From: Eledone cirrhosa | Taxonomy: Eukaryota | Direction of reading: 5' to 3' | NCBI GenBank assembly: GCA_964016885.1 | Contig: OZ024742.1 | Coordinates: 59,396,001 to 59,460,000, forward strand | Length of the DNA stretch: 64,000 bases | In this document: positions 1 to 12,689 of the stretch, in pieces | How the letters are laid out: each line of letters opens with the position of its first letter | How positions within the stretch are numbered: position 1 is the first letter of the stretch | Program-made: the position numbers and the translations under genes | The notes under the pieces: generated by a model | Told to the model about the DNA's origin: nothing | Database searches by the model: none | Seen by the model: the letters and a program-made list of their open reading frames with translations, nothing else

Positions 1-34
<34 letters not shown>

Positions 35-79
35 CATATATATACACATATATATATATACACATACATATATATATGT

Positions 80-116
<37 letters not shown>

Positions 117-166
117 TATATATTTATATATATATATATATATAAATATATATATATACATATATA

Positions 167-205
<39 letters not shown>

Positions 206-252
206 GTGTGTCTGTGATTGTATATATATAAATATACATGCATATATATATT

Positions 253-284
<32 letters not shown>

Positions 285-305
285 CGTGTGTGTGTGTGTG
301 TGTGT
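1..305. repeat. (TA)n/(TG)n compound microsatellite
   Basis: Directly visible dinucleotide repeats. Many similar tracts occur in the window, e.g. 11056-11175, 12029-12230, 37860-38035, 41931-42088, 55260-55400, 55720-56205 and 59424-60006. Confidence 0.98.
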
Positions 306-763
306 GGAATTGATTGTGGATTAGGTTCAAATCTAAAATACTTTATCTTGTAATAAGTTCAGAGGAAACTAATAATATATTTTATATCATGTTAACAAAA
401 TAAATAAATAAATAAATAAAACAAATGAATGAAAATGAAAAAAGGAAAACAGTAAGTATATAGTTTAGAGACTCGGCTATTATAATCTTACTAACTATAT
501 TATATAATCGATAGTTGCGAGGGTTATTTGAAACAAATACATAATCCACATAAACAGAAATGGTTGCCAAATCTGACGTTATATTCTCTGGGATATTTTT
601 GAACATATTTAATACTTTTAATACATACGATATCACAGTTCTAATTAAACGCAAAAAATAATCAATCTTAATATATAAAAGGTCCCAAACATACATATAT
701 ACACTGTAATTTCATGAAAAAATAATTTACTTTTGTACTTTACTATCAAATCAGAAAATAAGG

Positions 764-800
<37 letters not shown>

Positions 801-801
<1 letters not shown>

Positions 802-1709
802 CTGTACTGAAGGAGGGGACAGTAGGCCAGGGGATGTCCAAGGAGGAAATAACATCAAGGAGGAAGAGCAGCCTTAAGGGAAAATCCCTTAGTAGTACCT
901 TCTTTGAGAAAACTGAATTTAGAGATCCACAGACATGGAACTGGTTGAGAAGAGGAGACCTCAAAAAGGCTACAGAAGGAATGCTAATGGCTGCGCAGGA
1001 GCAGGCCCTCAAAACGAAGTGGTTGAAGCACCATATTTACAAGGAGGAGGCTAGCCCACTATGCAGGATCTGTGGAGAGAGAGAGGAGACTGTGGCTCAC
1101 ATTGTGTCCGAGTGTAAACACCTAGCCCAGACCCACTATAAGGGCTGGAGACACGATGTGATGGGCAGGGTGATCCACTGGCACCTGTGCAAAGTAAACA
1201 ATTTACCACACTCTGAGAAATGGTATGAGCATAGGCCAGAGGCGGTGATGGAGAACAATCAGGTGAAGGTGCTGTGGGATTTTAGGATACAGACGGACAA
1301 AAAACTGGAACACAATAGACCTGACCTGGTGGTTGTGGACAAAGAAAAAAGATCGTGTCTGATTGTGGATGTGGCCTGCCCTTTCGACACGAGAGTGCAA
1401 GAGAAGGAGAGGGAGACAATTAACCGATACCAGGACCTAAAGTGGGAGGTGAAAAGGATTTGGAACTGCCATGAAGTCAAAGTGATCCCGATTGTCATAG
1501 GCGCACTGGGGACTATCTCCAAAAGTTTCCAGGGATGGTTAAAGAAAATCGGCCCCGTCACGCTTTTTGGAACGCTTCAAAAGGCATGCTTGCTTGGAAC
1601 AGCAAGAACCCTCCGATACGTCCTGAATATCTGAGGCTGCAGGTAGTGGCTTGATATTCATTCCAACGGACTTTCCAGTTAACCAACATCAATGACTGAG
1701 ATTCAAGGA
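801..1709 (+). mobile_element. 5'-truncated R4/Dong-clade non-LTR retrotransposon (family A), CCHC + RLE endonuclease region
   Basis: ORF 834-1634 has a CRIC-x8-H-x4-C zinc knuckle, RHD, and the RPD...D...K restriction-like endonuclease motif. (AAT)n lies on both sides. Nearly identical to 26533-27440. Confidence 0.93.
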
Positions 1710-1889
1710 ATAACAACAATAATAATAATATAACAGAGAAAAACAAAAACAAAAAACGTAAAGAAAATAAGAATGAAGAGAGAAGCAGGCGGACGGACAG
1801 AGAAGAGGGGGGAAAAACTAAAACTAAAAAAACAAAAACTAAGTCAGACATTCGAACACTACATTACAATGAAACTTATGCTTATTCAT

Positions 1890-4800
1890 TTTTGGGGCCC
1901 TTTCTGCCTGTGTGTTTGTTTGTTTATGTGTGTTCGTATACAGCCTGGTGATAATGCCACACCAGGGCCAAGTGGAACGGCGAATCCACAGATGGCTATG
2001 TAACCATACATTCGCCAATCCTCGATAAGAGTGTTTAAATATCGAACATAAACAGTTCGAATAACGGTGAAATGGAGACTAGAACGTCATATGACAGACT
2101 CTCACCCAACAGGTGCCCCCTGGCTCAGCAGCAGGAACCTGACTGTCAACCAAATACTGCTGATGTTGGAGGAAGAAGAAGAAGGAAAGGGGCCAGAACC
2201 AACTGGACTAAAGAATTGAATAGAACTGTTATGCAATGTTACCTGAAAAGTAACCCCAAGGAGAGGGGCTACAGGAGACGGATGCATAACATCTGGAACG
2301 AGATTAGTCTATTTAAATTAGATGAACAAAAATTGGCCGGGCAGGCTCGGGTAATAAGAACTAATGGGTGGATAAGCGAGCTGGAACTTGAGGAACTGAG
2401 CAGAGAGAATGGCTTGGAAATGGCGGGTGTAATATGCCAGACAAGCGAGCCAGTGGGAAATGAAGGTGAAGAGGTCCTGAGAACGGAGGAACCACCCGAA
2501 GCAGACAATGATCTGAATACTGAGATAATTAATACCTGGAACAGAGATACGGCCACTGAGGAGATGAATGCTGACGGGCTAGGACAAGATTCGGTTGACA
2601 TCCTAAATTTAGTGGTAGATGAATTGAACAATGATAGTGGGAGACCTATGAACCTAAGATTTGTAGACAGGAAAAAGTTAAAAGAAACAACAGCTAAGGT
2701 AAACAAAGTCATCCCATACCTTGAGGCGAGGAGCCTTCACCAGTGCAACAATATCCTCAAAGCAACAGCAAATACGGTGAGGAAACTACTTGGTATAAAA
2801 GCGAGAGGAAACAACAGACAAGAAAGAGCAGAGCCGTGGTGGAAGAAACGACTGAGTGGTCAAATCGGGGAAATGAGAAATGACATAGGAAAGCTTGAGT
2901 CACTACTGAATGGGACACTAAAAAACATAGGCACTAAAAATAGACTGGAAATAAAGTACAAAACTAGGAGGAAAAAGCTAAATATTATCATAGAGGAACT
3001 TAAGCAACGCATTGTAGCAAAGAGTGCAAAAATCAGGCGATACGAGAACAGAGTCAGTCAGTACAAACAGAACCGCATGTTCGACAACAACCAGAAGATG
3101 CTGTTTGGACAGCTTGAGGGGAAAGAAAGAGGCAACGACTTGATCCCTGGGGCGGAGCAAACTAAAACATTCTGGAGAGGAATATGGGAGCAGGATGTTA
3201 GACATAATGTCCAGGCAGGGTGGATTGAGACAGTACAGAGGGAGATCGGTGAGCAGGCACACCAACAAACTGATTTGAGTATCACAGTTGAAACTCTTAA
3301 GGGGCAGGCCAAAAAACTAACCAACTGGAAATCACCAGGCCCAGATGGTGTGCAGGGGTATTGGATTAAAAATTTAACATCCCTCCACCCGAAGCTGACG
3401 GCCATGTTCAATGACTGCTTGGTGTCGGGTGAGGTGCCAGAGTGGTTGACAAAAGGTACCACAGTTCTGATAATGAAAGACCGAATCAAGGGTAATGATG
3501 TTACCAACTATAGACCTATCACATGTCTGTCCGTAATGTGGAAACTGTTGACGAGTATTGTGTCTGAGGAAATCTACCATCACCTCCACACAAACAACTT
3601 GTTACCGGACGAACAGAAAGGATGCCGAAAGAAGTCACGTGGTACAAAGGACCAGTTACTTATTGATAAGATGGTAATGGGGAATTGCAGGAGGAGACAC
3701 ACTGATCTTGCCATGGGATGGATAGACTACAGAAAGGCATTTGACATGGTGCCTCATTCTTGGATCACCAAAAGCCTGGAGATCTTCAGTGTGGCAGATA
3801 ACATCAGACAGTTGCTGGGCAGGAGTATGGGGTCCTGGGAGACTTGACATCAACTGCAGTATCCTTGGGAAGCGTGAAGATCAAGAGAGGTATCTTCCAG
3901 GGAGATAGCCTGTCCCCTCTGCTGTTTGTTCTTGCCCTGATGCCCTTGACCATTATGCTGCGAAAAGTGAGAGCAGGATACAAGTTGGGAAAGGGAGAGC
4001 TTACCATCAATCACCTCCTCTTCATGGACGATCTTAACCTCTTCGGGAAAAGTGAGAAGGAGTTGGATGTGCTTGTTGACACTGTCCGTATTTTCAGCAG
4101 TGATATATGTATGCAGTTTGGTATTAGTAAATGTGGAGTCATTGTGATGAGGAGGGGTAGGTTGAGCAGAGGTAACGGGATCCAGATACCAACAGGTGAG
4201 ATGATAAAGGAAATTGACTCTGAGGAAGGATACAAGTATTTGGGCGTTCTGGGGGCTGATGGCATAAAGAACAAAAAAATGAAGGAATTGTTAAGAACTG
4301 AATACATTCGGAGAGTAAGGAGCGTATTGAAGTCACATCTGAACAGCAGAAATGCCATAAGCGCAGTAAATTCCCGAGCTGTGTCTATTATTAGGTACAG
4401 TGCGGGAATTCTGAGATGGAATGTTGCTGAACAAAAAGAAATGGATAGGAAGACTAGGAAGCTATTGACTATCTACAACATGTTCCACAAGAGGAGTGAT
4501 GTCGATAGACTCTACTTAAGGAGATCTGAAGGTGGAAGAGGTCTTATCAGCATAGAGGACTGTGTTCAGATGGAGAAAAACAACCTACACAAATACGTGA
4601 CTGATAGTAAGGAGCCAATGCTCAGAACTGTACTGAAGGAGAGGACAATAGACCAGGGGACGTCCAAGGAGGAAATAACAACAAGGAGAAAGAGCAGCCT
4701 TCAGGAAAAATTCCTTCATAGTACCTTCTTTGAGAAAACTGAATTCAGAGATCCACAGACATGGAACTGGTTGAAAAGAGGAGACCTTAAAAAGGCTACA

Positions 4801-5535
4801 GAAGGAATGTTAATGGCTGCGCAAGAGCATGCCCTCAAAACGAAGTGGTTGAAACACCATATTTACAAGGAGGAGGCTAGCCCACTGTGCAGGATCTGTG
4901 GTGAGAGAGAGGAGACTGTGGCTCACATTGTATCCGAGTGTAAACACCTAGCCCAGACTCACTATAAGGGCTGGAGACATGATGTGATGGGCAGGGTGAT
5001 CCACTGGCACCTATGCAAAGTAAACAATTTACCACATTCTGAGAAGTGGTATGAGCATAAGCCAGAGTCGGTGATAGAAAACGATCAGGTGAAGGTGCTG
5101 TAGGATTTTAGGATACAGACGGACAAGAAACTGGAACACAATAGACCTGACCTGGTGGTTTTGGACAAAGAAAAAAGATCGTGCCTGATTGTGGATGTGG
5201 CCTGCCCATTCGACACGAGAGTGCAAGAGAAGGAGAGGGAGAAAATTAACCGATACCAGGACTTAAAGTGGGAGGTAAAAAGGATTTGGAACTGCCATGA
5301 AGTCAAAGTGGTCCCGATTCTCATAGGCGCACTAGCTACTATCTCAAAAAGTTTCCAGGGATGGTTAAAGAAAATTGGCCCCTTCACGCTTTTTGGAACG
5401 CTTCAAAAGGCATGCTTGCTGGGAACAGCAAGAACCCTCCGATACGTCCTGCATATCTGAGGCTGCAGGTAGTGGTTTGATATTCATTTCAACAAACTTT
5501 CCAGTTAACTAACATCAATGACTGATACTCAAAGA
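1890..5535 (+). mobile_element. near full-length R4/Dong-clade retrotransposon (family A)
   Basis: Single long ORF region 2072-5460, a short 3' UTR, then an (AAT)n tail at 5538-5594. The 5' boundary is approximate. Confidence 0.9.
2072..5460 (+). pseudogene. RT-RLE polyprotein of Dong-like element, disrupted
   Basis: RT motifs KSPGPDG, YRPITCL, WIDYRKAFD, GIFQGDSLSP and LFMDD, plus CCHC and RLE. A 4-nt deletion (AGAG, relative to the copy at 25747) at ~3843 causes a frameshift, and TGG>TAG occurs at 5101. Confidence 0.92.
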
Positions 5536-5537
5536 AC

Positions 5538-5594
<57 letters not shown>

Positions 5595-5595
<1 letters not shown>

Positions 5596-5678
5596 TGCTC
5601 AGAATTGTACTGAAGGAGAGGACAATAGACCAGGGGATGTCCAAGGAGGAAATAATAAGAAGGAGAAAGAACAACCTT
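5595..5678 (+). mobile_element. short internal stub of Dong family A
   Basis: atgctcagaattgtactgaaggagaggacaatagaccagg matches 4618-4700. Confidence 0.8.
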
Positions 5679-5679
5679 A

Positions 5680-6619
5680 CTTCTATCCACATCTGATGTG
5701 GTGTTTTTTCGCCCACACATGTCCCAAAGCTTTTTGGATTTGGGACTCGGATGCCCGTTCCACTTGGCGTGCTTTTGTGTTAATCGTTCGATAAGACGCG
5801 GTGCATAGGCGTAGATGGTCCATTTATTGTGTGTGTGTGTGTGGGGGGGGGGGGGTGTATAGGCTGACCCTGTACGCTTTACCATTCTTTACCATTCTCT
5901 TGGCTTCATTTAATTCATCCTGAGTTACCTCGATTGTTTCGCTTTTCTTGGCTGCTTTGGCAAACGACACATTTGTGGTGGTGTTGATGTTTTTGTTGTT
6001 ATTCCCATAGTTGTTGTTGCTGTTGTTGTTATTCTTATTTTTAGTTTCAGTTGTGGTGGAGGTGGTGGTGGTGTCAGTGGCGTTCGGCGTGGAGAGTTTA
6101 TTTTGATGTAACGAGATAATAATTTTTTTTTGTTTCTCTTGTCGCTGTGGTGGTGGTGGTGATGGTGGTGGTATCAATGATGTTCGTTGTTGTTTTTGAC
6201 ATTGTGGTGGTGGTGGGGTGGCGGCTTTAACACCTGCAGTTATAGGTAATGGCGGGAAATCCATGTCTTTATGCGGCAATTCTTAATAATTCAGACTGCT
6301 ATTAATTATAGTTTCAGTGAGAACCGTGGCAAGGCTTACAATGGTGTTGGTGGTGGTGGGGGAGGGGGTGTTGGTCTGTTAAAAACAGTAAATTTGTCGT
6401 CCATGTATTTTTTTCAAAGAAATATTTTGTTTGATAAATAAAATGTTTAAGTTTTGGGCTCAAAGCCCCAATATTTTTTGTGTCTTTTTCAGAAAGCAAT
6501 ATATGTGAACTTATAAACACTTAACAACAAAATTTTTCCATAACTGGTAATTTGAAACAACTGAAAACAACAAACCTTTGCCGAGCTCACGATAATACGA
6601 TTTCCTACGAAGGTCGCCA
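5680..6619 (-). mobile_element. Tx1/L1-type LINE, 5' end and ORF1 remnant
   Basis: The terminal ~120 nt match the 5' ends of the Tx1 copies at 23740-23877 and 24590-24638. Low-complexity P/T/N-rich ORF 5824-6279. Abuts (AAT)n at 6619-6670. Confidence 0.65.
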
Positions 6620-6633
6620 ATAATAATAACATC

Positions 6634-6670
<37 letters not shown>

Positions 6671-6671
6671 G

Positions 6672-7170
6672 TTTACCACATTCTGAGAAGTGGTATGAGC
6701 ATAAGCCAGAGTCGGTGATAGAAAACGATCAGGTGAAGGTGCTATGGGATTTCAGGATACAAATAGATAAACAATTAGAACACAATTGGCCTCACCTACT
6801 GATTTTTGACACGACAAAAAGATCTTGCTTGATTATAAATGTAGCGTGTCCTTTTGGTCCAAGAGTACAAGAAAAGGAGCAGAAAATCAACCGGCACCCG
6901 GATCTAAATTGGGAACTGAAAACGATTTGAGACTGTCATGAGATCAAAGTCATCACCATCGTCACAGGAGCGCTAGTTACCCTCTCTAAGACTTTTCAAG
7001 GCTTGCTAAGCCAGCCCCCTTTTTGGAACAGTTCAAAAGACATGCCTACTGGGAACAGAAAGGATCCTCCTATACGTCCTGAATATCTGCGTCTGCATGA
7101 AGCGGCTTGATGTTCAGTAGGGAAAATTGTCCGGTTAAATATTATCGATGATTGTCTTCTCAAATTTACA
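6672..7170 (+). mobile_element. diverged 5'-truncated Dong-like copy (RLE domain + 3' UTR)
   Basis: ORF 6715-6930 (VKVLWDFRIQIDKQLEHN...) is homologous to the family A RLE. Preceded and followed by AAT repeats. Confidence 0.85.
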
Positions 7171-7182
7171 ATAATAATAACA

Positions 7183-7520
7183 CTGATTTTTACTATAGGC
7201 ACAAGGCCAGCAATTTTGGTTGGGGAAGTCGATTAAATCGACCCCATTGCGTCACTGGTGCTTTATTCTATCGACCCCGTAAGGCTGAAAGGCAAAGCTA
7301 ACCTCGGCAGGATATGAGGTCAGAGCGTAAAGGTGCATGACTCTATGCTGCAAATCATGTTGTCTGACGCTCTACTGATACCTTATAATAATAATAACAA
7401 TAATAACAATTGTTTCTACTTTTGGCACAAGGCCAGCAATTATCCCAGTGCATTATTGGTACTTTATTTTATCGACCAAGTAAGGATGAAAGGGAAAGTT
7501 AAGCGCAGCGGGATTTAAGC
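7183..7520 (-). mobile_element. two tandem tRNA-derived SINE copies (7183-7383, 7407-7520)
   Basis: Share the ggcacaaggccagcaat...atcgaccccgtaagg.tgaaaggcaaag body with the other SINE copies. Separated by AAT repeats. Confidence 0.8.
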
Positions 7521-7671
7521 TTAACAACAAGAATAATGGCTTTAGATATAACATAAATAGGACATCTAAAATTTTTCTTTTAGAGATCTCATAAGATTTT
7601 TGCGCCTAGCTATATATCTTTGGATGGTCTGTCAAAATTATATTTCTTATAAATTATATTTCGTATAAATC

Positions 7672-7702
<31 letters not shown>

Positions 7703-7740
7703 TGTATGTATGTATGTATGTATGTATGTATGTATGTATG

Positions 7741-8220
7741 CGCTCTCTGTCCGCAAATCCAAGTTCAGTCATACTTTGGTCCAAGCGGGCTGGTATATAA
7801 CCTGTAGCTACAATAATGATGGGTATGAAGCTAAAGGTGTATCTTGGATACTGGATTTGTAAACTCCTCATCAATGGTCCGTCGATGTCCTCCTTCTCCT
7901 GTATTTTTCTGACAACGTTTACACAAGTGGGCAGCTGATCTCCGCAACAGAACACGTTTTCAATGTGTGGTCCCAAACAACAATATCAGGCCGGTTGTGC
8001 TTTAATTTGGTGGCAGTTTTTATTTTCAGGTTCCACCAGTATTCCTTAGTGCCATCTGTCTCAATATATTCTTCCTCGTTTGTTTTTAATTTTGTTTTCC
8101 GAAGTGCGTTCCAGATGGTTCTAGCTATCCCATCGTGTCTCATGGGGAGGTAGTAGCGAGATGACATTCTTTCGCAGCTGGCAACAATGTGGCTTACATC
8201 CTCGATCTTTGTTTTACATA
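7741..8220 (-). mobile_element. RLE-domain fragment of a third RLE non-LTR family
   Basis: YLPMRHD...WWNLKIKT...HNRPDIVVWD...EISCP...KIQEKED in frameshifted ORFs. (TATG)n lies on both sides. Confidence 0.8.
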
Positions 8221-9334
8221 GCCTACATTTATTGTATGTATGTATGTATGTATGTATGTATGTATGTATGTATGTATGTATGTATGTATGTATGTATGTA
8301 TGTATGTATGTATTATGTATGTATGTGTGTGTGTGTTACATTATATTATTATCTCTAGTCATTCTCTCTTCCTCCCTCTTTTCTGCCTGTCATCCCCTTT
8401 TATGCATTTTTTGTCGTAGTCCTAGTAACTCTCCCTCAGTGCAGTCTTTTCATTTTAGTCTTCCTGTTGAATGCGTACGATTCACCATTTCTCCATTGGT
8501 TTTGTAAGCAGTCGGTTTGTCTGAGCACTCGCTTTTTTTTCTGTACAAGATGAAAGTCCAAAACACCACTATTAGTACAAAATTGATATTAAAAATTACT
8601 TAATGTTTATGCATTCAAAGTACATATTCCCGTATTACTTGCTTCATTTGTAAGACACTTTTATACCAACGTTTCGCTGTTTCGCATGTTCTGTGGCATG
8701 TTCATTGCTGTCCTGTCTTCTTTACATCGATCACCAGTAGCTATATATTAACACTCGTAACACATTTGGTTAAAGTTAGTGATCCGACCGTTTATGTTTC
8801 AAAATAGGAAACATCCATCGAGGTTTCACGCAAGTAGAGTGTTTTGATGTTTATATCCATTTCGTTTAGTTTTATTGTTGTGTCTGATCGTCCACTCACT
8901 CTGGTATCAGGTCATTTGTAATTGATCTTCGCGCCACTGGGACGTTCAGGAGGATGTAAGGTTGGAACTATCTTCAATTAATGGCTGGGAATTGTTTACA
9001 ACCATTGTGATAGTTCTGTGAGGTTTTTCGTACTAATCCACATGTCAGCAGGGCTTTGAGGGAACAACATCAATAACCCACCCGTGGCATATCACTGAAT
9101 GGAAACGGCATGAGTAATTTTTATTCTTATTTTTGTCCATGCCATTTTATTCATGTAATTTGTATTCATGTAACTTTCTGTTCATATAATAGCTTCCTGG
9201 TGTGGTGGTAACTGTTACTTAACGGTTACCGTTGAAATCTTAACTATAATAAAGAAAGGAGTGCGGGACTGCATCCAGAATATATTTATTTTACCCCGTT
9301 TGTAAAGTAAGTTGGATTACTTTGTATAAATAAT

Positions 9335-9523
9335 TGTTTCTACTTTAGGCACAAGGCCAGCAATGACCCAGTGTATTACTGGTACTTTATTTTATCGACC
9401 CCGTAAGAATGAAAGGCAAAGTCAACCTCGTGCGAGATTTGAACTCAGATTGTAAAGAGACGTAACTATGCTGGAAAGCATGGCGTCCGACCCTCTATCG
9501 ATACTGCCAATCCACCACCTTTA
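9335..9523 (-). mobile_element. full-length tRNA-derived SINE with 17-bp TSD
   Basis: A-box-like tggcagtatcgatag and B-box gagttcaaatc on the minus strand. Central ctttgcctttcat.cttacggggtcgataaaataaagtaccag domain. TSD tactttgtataaataat at 9318-9334 and 9524-9540. Confidence 0.9.
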
Positions 9524-9939
9524 TACTTTGTATAAATAATGAATGAATATTACATAATTTATCTACTAAATTTCGTGTCTGTTGATTAAATATATTTTAT
9601 AGTTTATTTAAAGATTCACTTCTTTAAAATTATCAAATGTCAACACTTCCGGTTAGCGGCCGTTATATTGTAACACTTATAATCGCATATATTTCCGTCG
9701 CTAATTTTCTCCTAATGCAGTTTATATATAATATCGTCTTTTTTTAAAATGTATCATGGATTACTGATTACAGAAGACAGTGTAACACAGTCTTCGTTCA
9801 ATTTCTGTGTATATTGTCAATTACGATTTTATTTACATGCATACATATTTGTGTATAATATACACACTACACATGCTAGCAGAAAACCACCCAAGGGGTG
9901 GTTTTTCTGCTAGTACGTATAATAGAGATTATGTAACAA

Positions 9940-11025
9940 ATAAATTAGTTAAATTCTTACCTACTGACTTCTACGTCCTTGTTATATATATACATAGAAA
10001 TGGTTCCACAGTTAATTCTCCATTTCCGAGAACAATTGTTTCACATTAGTCGGATCATCAGCTTTGTTTAGATGAGATTTTACGGAAAAGGAAAACCAAT
10101 TATACGAATACGCACGTGCAGAGGAACTCACTTCCCAAAAGGGAGTTAACTCACGTTAGATCGATATGTGGCGTGATTGTGAAAACTCAGAATATAAGAG
10201 ATAATGGAGCTTTGGAATTACGTAAAAGATGTTTCGAAACGTGTGGACAACACGAGAAGAATTGAATCCTTGTATTTACACAAGCGCTTCCTCGGGATAA
10301 TGATTCTTTCTTGAATGCACAGCCCACAAGACAGATTCCCATTTCTGTATGGCTTGCACTTAGTAATAACTTTCCCTTGAATGGAATAATCCACGCCTGC
10401 GTCCTTGAGGGACCATATGTGGCTTGCGAGCTTCGGTGGTCAATCGTTTGTCTGAATGTCGACAGATGATTCAAGAAGCGTTCTTTAAACCGGCACTCCG
10501 CCATACCTACATAGGATTTGACCTCTTGTTGTTGATTTGGTCGCTTAGAAGTGACTACACCTTCGTAAATTACAACGGGTGTGTTGGACTGTTGTTGAAG
10601 GGGACAAGCTTCAGGCCTTCGGCAAGAGCATTTGGTGGGGTTCTGCTGTGAGGTTTGTTGGCGACGTGGGCCTCATATTCTTACCACCGGAGTATCCTAG
10701 TTCCAACCTGTTAAAGATGGAGCGGTATTTTATGACCTATGAGGAAGTGCCTATATAAGAGAGCTAAACATCTTTGACCTACATTATTTTTAATTTTGAG
10801 TGAGAAGGGGGGGGGGGGGGCAAATTATTTTTCTATTAGCACGATTTCTTTTTCTATTGCTGCTGGCGTTAGGTGGGAGTAAGCAACTGACTGTGAGAAA
10901 CCTCTGTTAGCTAATGCCGTGTTGTAATAGGGTGCCGCTCCGTCAAATATTGTCTTATTAAAAGACAGGTTAGAGATCCTAATGCTGATATTTTTCACGA
11001 AGTTTCTGAAAACTGTAGGTAGGTG
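9940..11025 (-). mobile_element. degenerate Penelope-like element 3' part (Hydra-type GIY-YIG region + pLTR)
   Basis: ORF pieces NISIRISNLSFNKTIFDGAAPYYNTALANRGF and FKERFLNHLSTF are homologous to the 39131 and 56680/57348 ORFs. Confidence 0.75.
10028..10064 (-). ncRNA. minimal hammerhead ribozyme motif (degenerate)
   Basis: Minus strand reads aag CTGATGA tccgactaatgt GAAAC aatt GTT ctc. Palindromic AACAATTGTT stem III; stems I and II are weak. Confidence 0.55.
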
Positions 11026-11070
11026 GTATGAGTACTTGTGTATGTAATTTAGTAAATATATATATATGTG

Positions 11071-11173
<103 letters not shown>

Positions 11174-11707
11174 TTGTGTCTGTGTGTATATGTATGTGTG
11201 TCCCCACTCATATATGGATGGATACGATGTTATTAGTTAAGATCAGTAAGTGCATTATTCAACTTTGAACGCTGCTTAAGGAAAATAAAGTATAGACACT
11301 ATTATAGGGACACTTTTCCCGACGGCTAAGCTTAAACTGTTTCGGTAGTTTCGCTAGTTTCTTGCGGTTTGTTGTCAAAAATAAGCTATATTTCCACTTA
11401 ATATACTTGATGTATAATATTAATTTCTCTAATACCCGTACAAACTGAGAAAATCCACATCACCATCATGACTATTCAGAGCCATTACATTCCCATTGCA
11501 AGGCGAAAGTTTTCCCAAACCATTGACCTTTCTCATCCATGTAACGCTCTAAACGTATCAATATCATTTCCCTCGACAACGTTAACCTGTCTCCCCCCTT
11601 GGTCTTCATTCTGTAGATAGACTTTGAGAAATATGTTCCACGTAGTTAAGCCATTCGGAGGTTTTACTATGAAAATACTAGACTGTTTTACATATATTAT
11701 ATACCTC

Positions 11708-11775
11708 GGGGTCGATAAAATAAAGTACCAGTAATGTACTGGGTAATTGCTGGCCTTGTTCCTAAAGTAGAAACA
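11708..11775 (+). mobile_element. 5'-truncated SINE with 12-bp TSD
   Basis: SINE 3' half. TSD attatatacctc at 11696-11707 and 11776-11787. Confidence 0.88.
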
Positions 11776-12027
11776 ATTATATACCTCTAGGTGCATTTCT
11801 CACATCTGGTATATAAATTATTTTCTGTATTGAATATAAAGCATACATTTCATTGACCTGTCTCTATATTCCGCTGTCATATATCCAGAAATAACTACAA
11901 TGAATCACAACATTTGAAATATAGGACTAATATCTCATCATTAACTGCGTGATAGATTTTTCTGAAATTCTTTAACATACCGAACAATATTCGTTCAATT
12001 CGTTACTGCAGTGCTTCTCCTTTGGTT

Positions 12028-12058
<31 letters not shown>

Positions 12059-12100
12059 CATACATACATACATACATACATACATACATACATACATACA

Positions 12101-12136
<36 letters not shown>

Positions 12137-12392
12137 TACATACATACATACATACACAACTACATACACAAGTACATACACACACACATATATATATATA
12201 TGTGTATAAATATATGTATATATATATAAATAGATATCTTTTTTATTTGCCACAATAGATATATATATATATACATAGATAGATAGAGAGAGAGAGAGCG
12301 GGGGGACAGAGAGGGGGGGGGGGAGTTATCAGTTAGACAGGCTAGTAAGACCATATTCAGCTAATTACTCAATAGGGAAAGTAGGGTATATA

Positions 12393-12517
12393 TATCGTTT
12401 CTGAATTTGTTTAGCAAGATTCTTTATCTGAAAACGTGCATTGAAACCGATATTGTTATACTTTGGGAGGGTCATGTTGCCAATAAGAAACATGACCCTC
12501 CCAAAGTATAACAATAT
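12393..12517 (-). mobile_element. solo 3' tail of PLE family P (see 52805-54178) with fold-back hairpin
   Basis: 12393-12492 matches 52803-52903. Perfect 29-bp inverted repeat 12450-12478/12489-12517. TA repeats on both sides. Confidence 0.88.
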
Positions 12518-12689
12518 ATGTATATATATATATATTATCAATATGTATATATTATATATATATATATACAATATATATATCTATATATACTTCTCTCTAT
12601 ATCAGCCTGTTGGTGAAAATGATGGAAAAACAAGGGAGCACCCTCTCTCTCTGTGCTCCTGAGGAGAAGGGTTGCACACTTTTTCGGGG

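Noticed and set aside
90-353. YI/CV/HT-rich ORFs here and at 11028, 12003, 12855, 37492, 55660 and elsewhere
   Set aside because: They are translations of stop-free (TA)n, (TG)n and (TATG)n microsatellites, not genes.
3058-3507. antisense ORFs repeated in the Dong copies (also 24961, 1259, 5085, 26991)
   Set aside because: They recur only because the element is repeated, and are shadows of the sense ORF.
10806-10820. poly-G/C runs (also 5843, 12312, 12786, 19521) as functional G-quadruplexes
   Set aside because: Simple homopolymer expansions inside repeats, with no supporting context.
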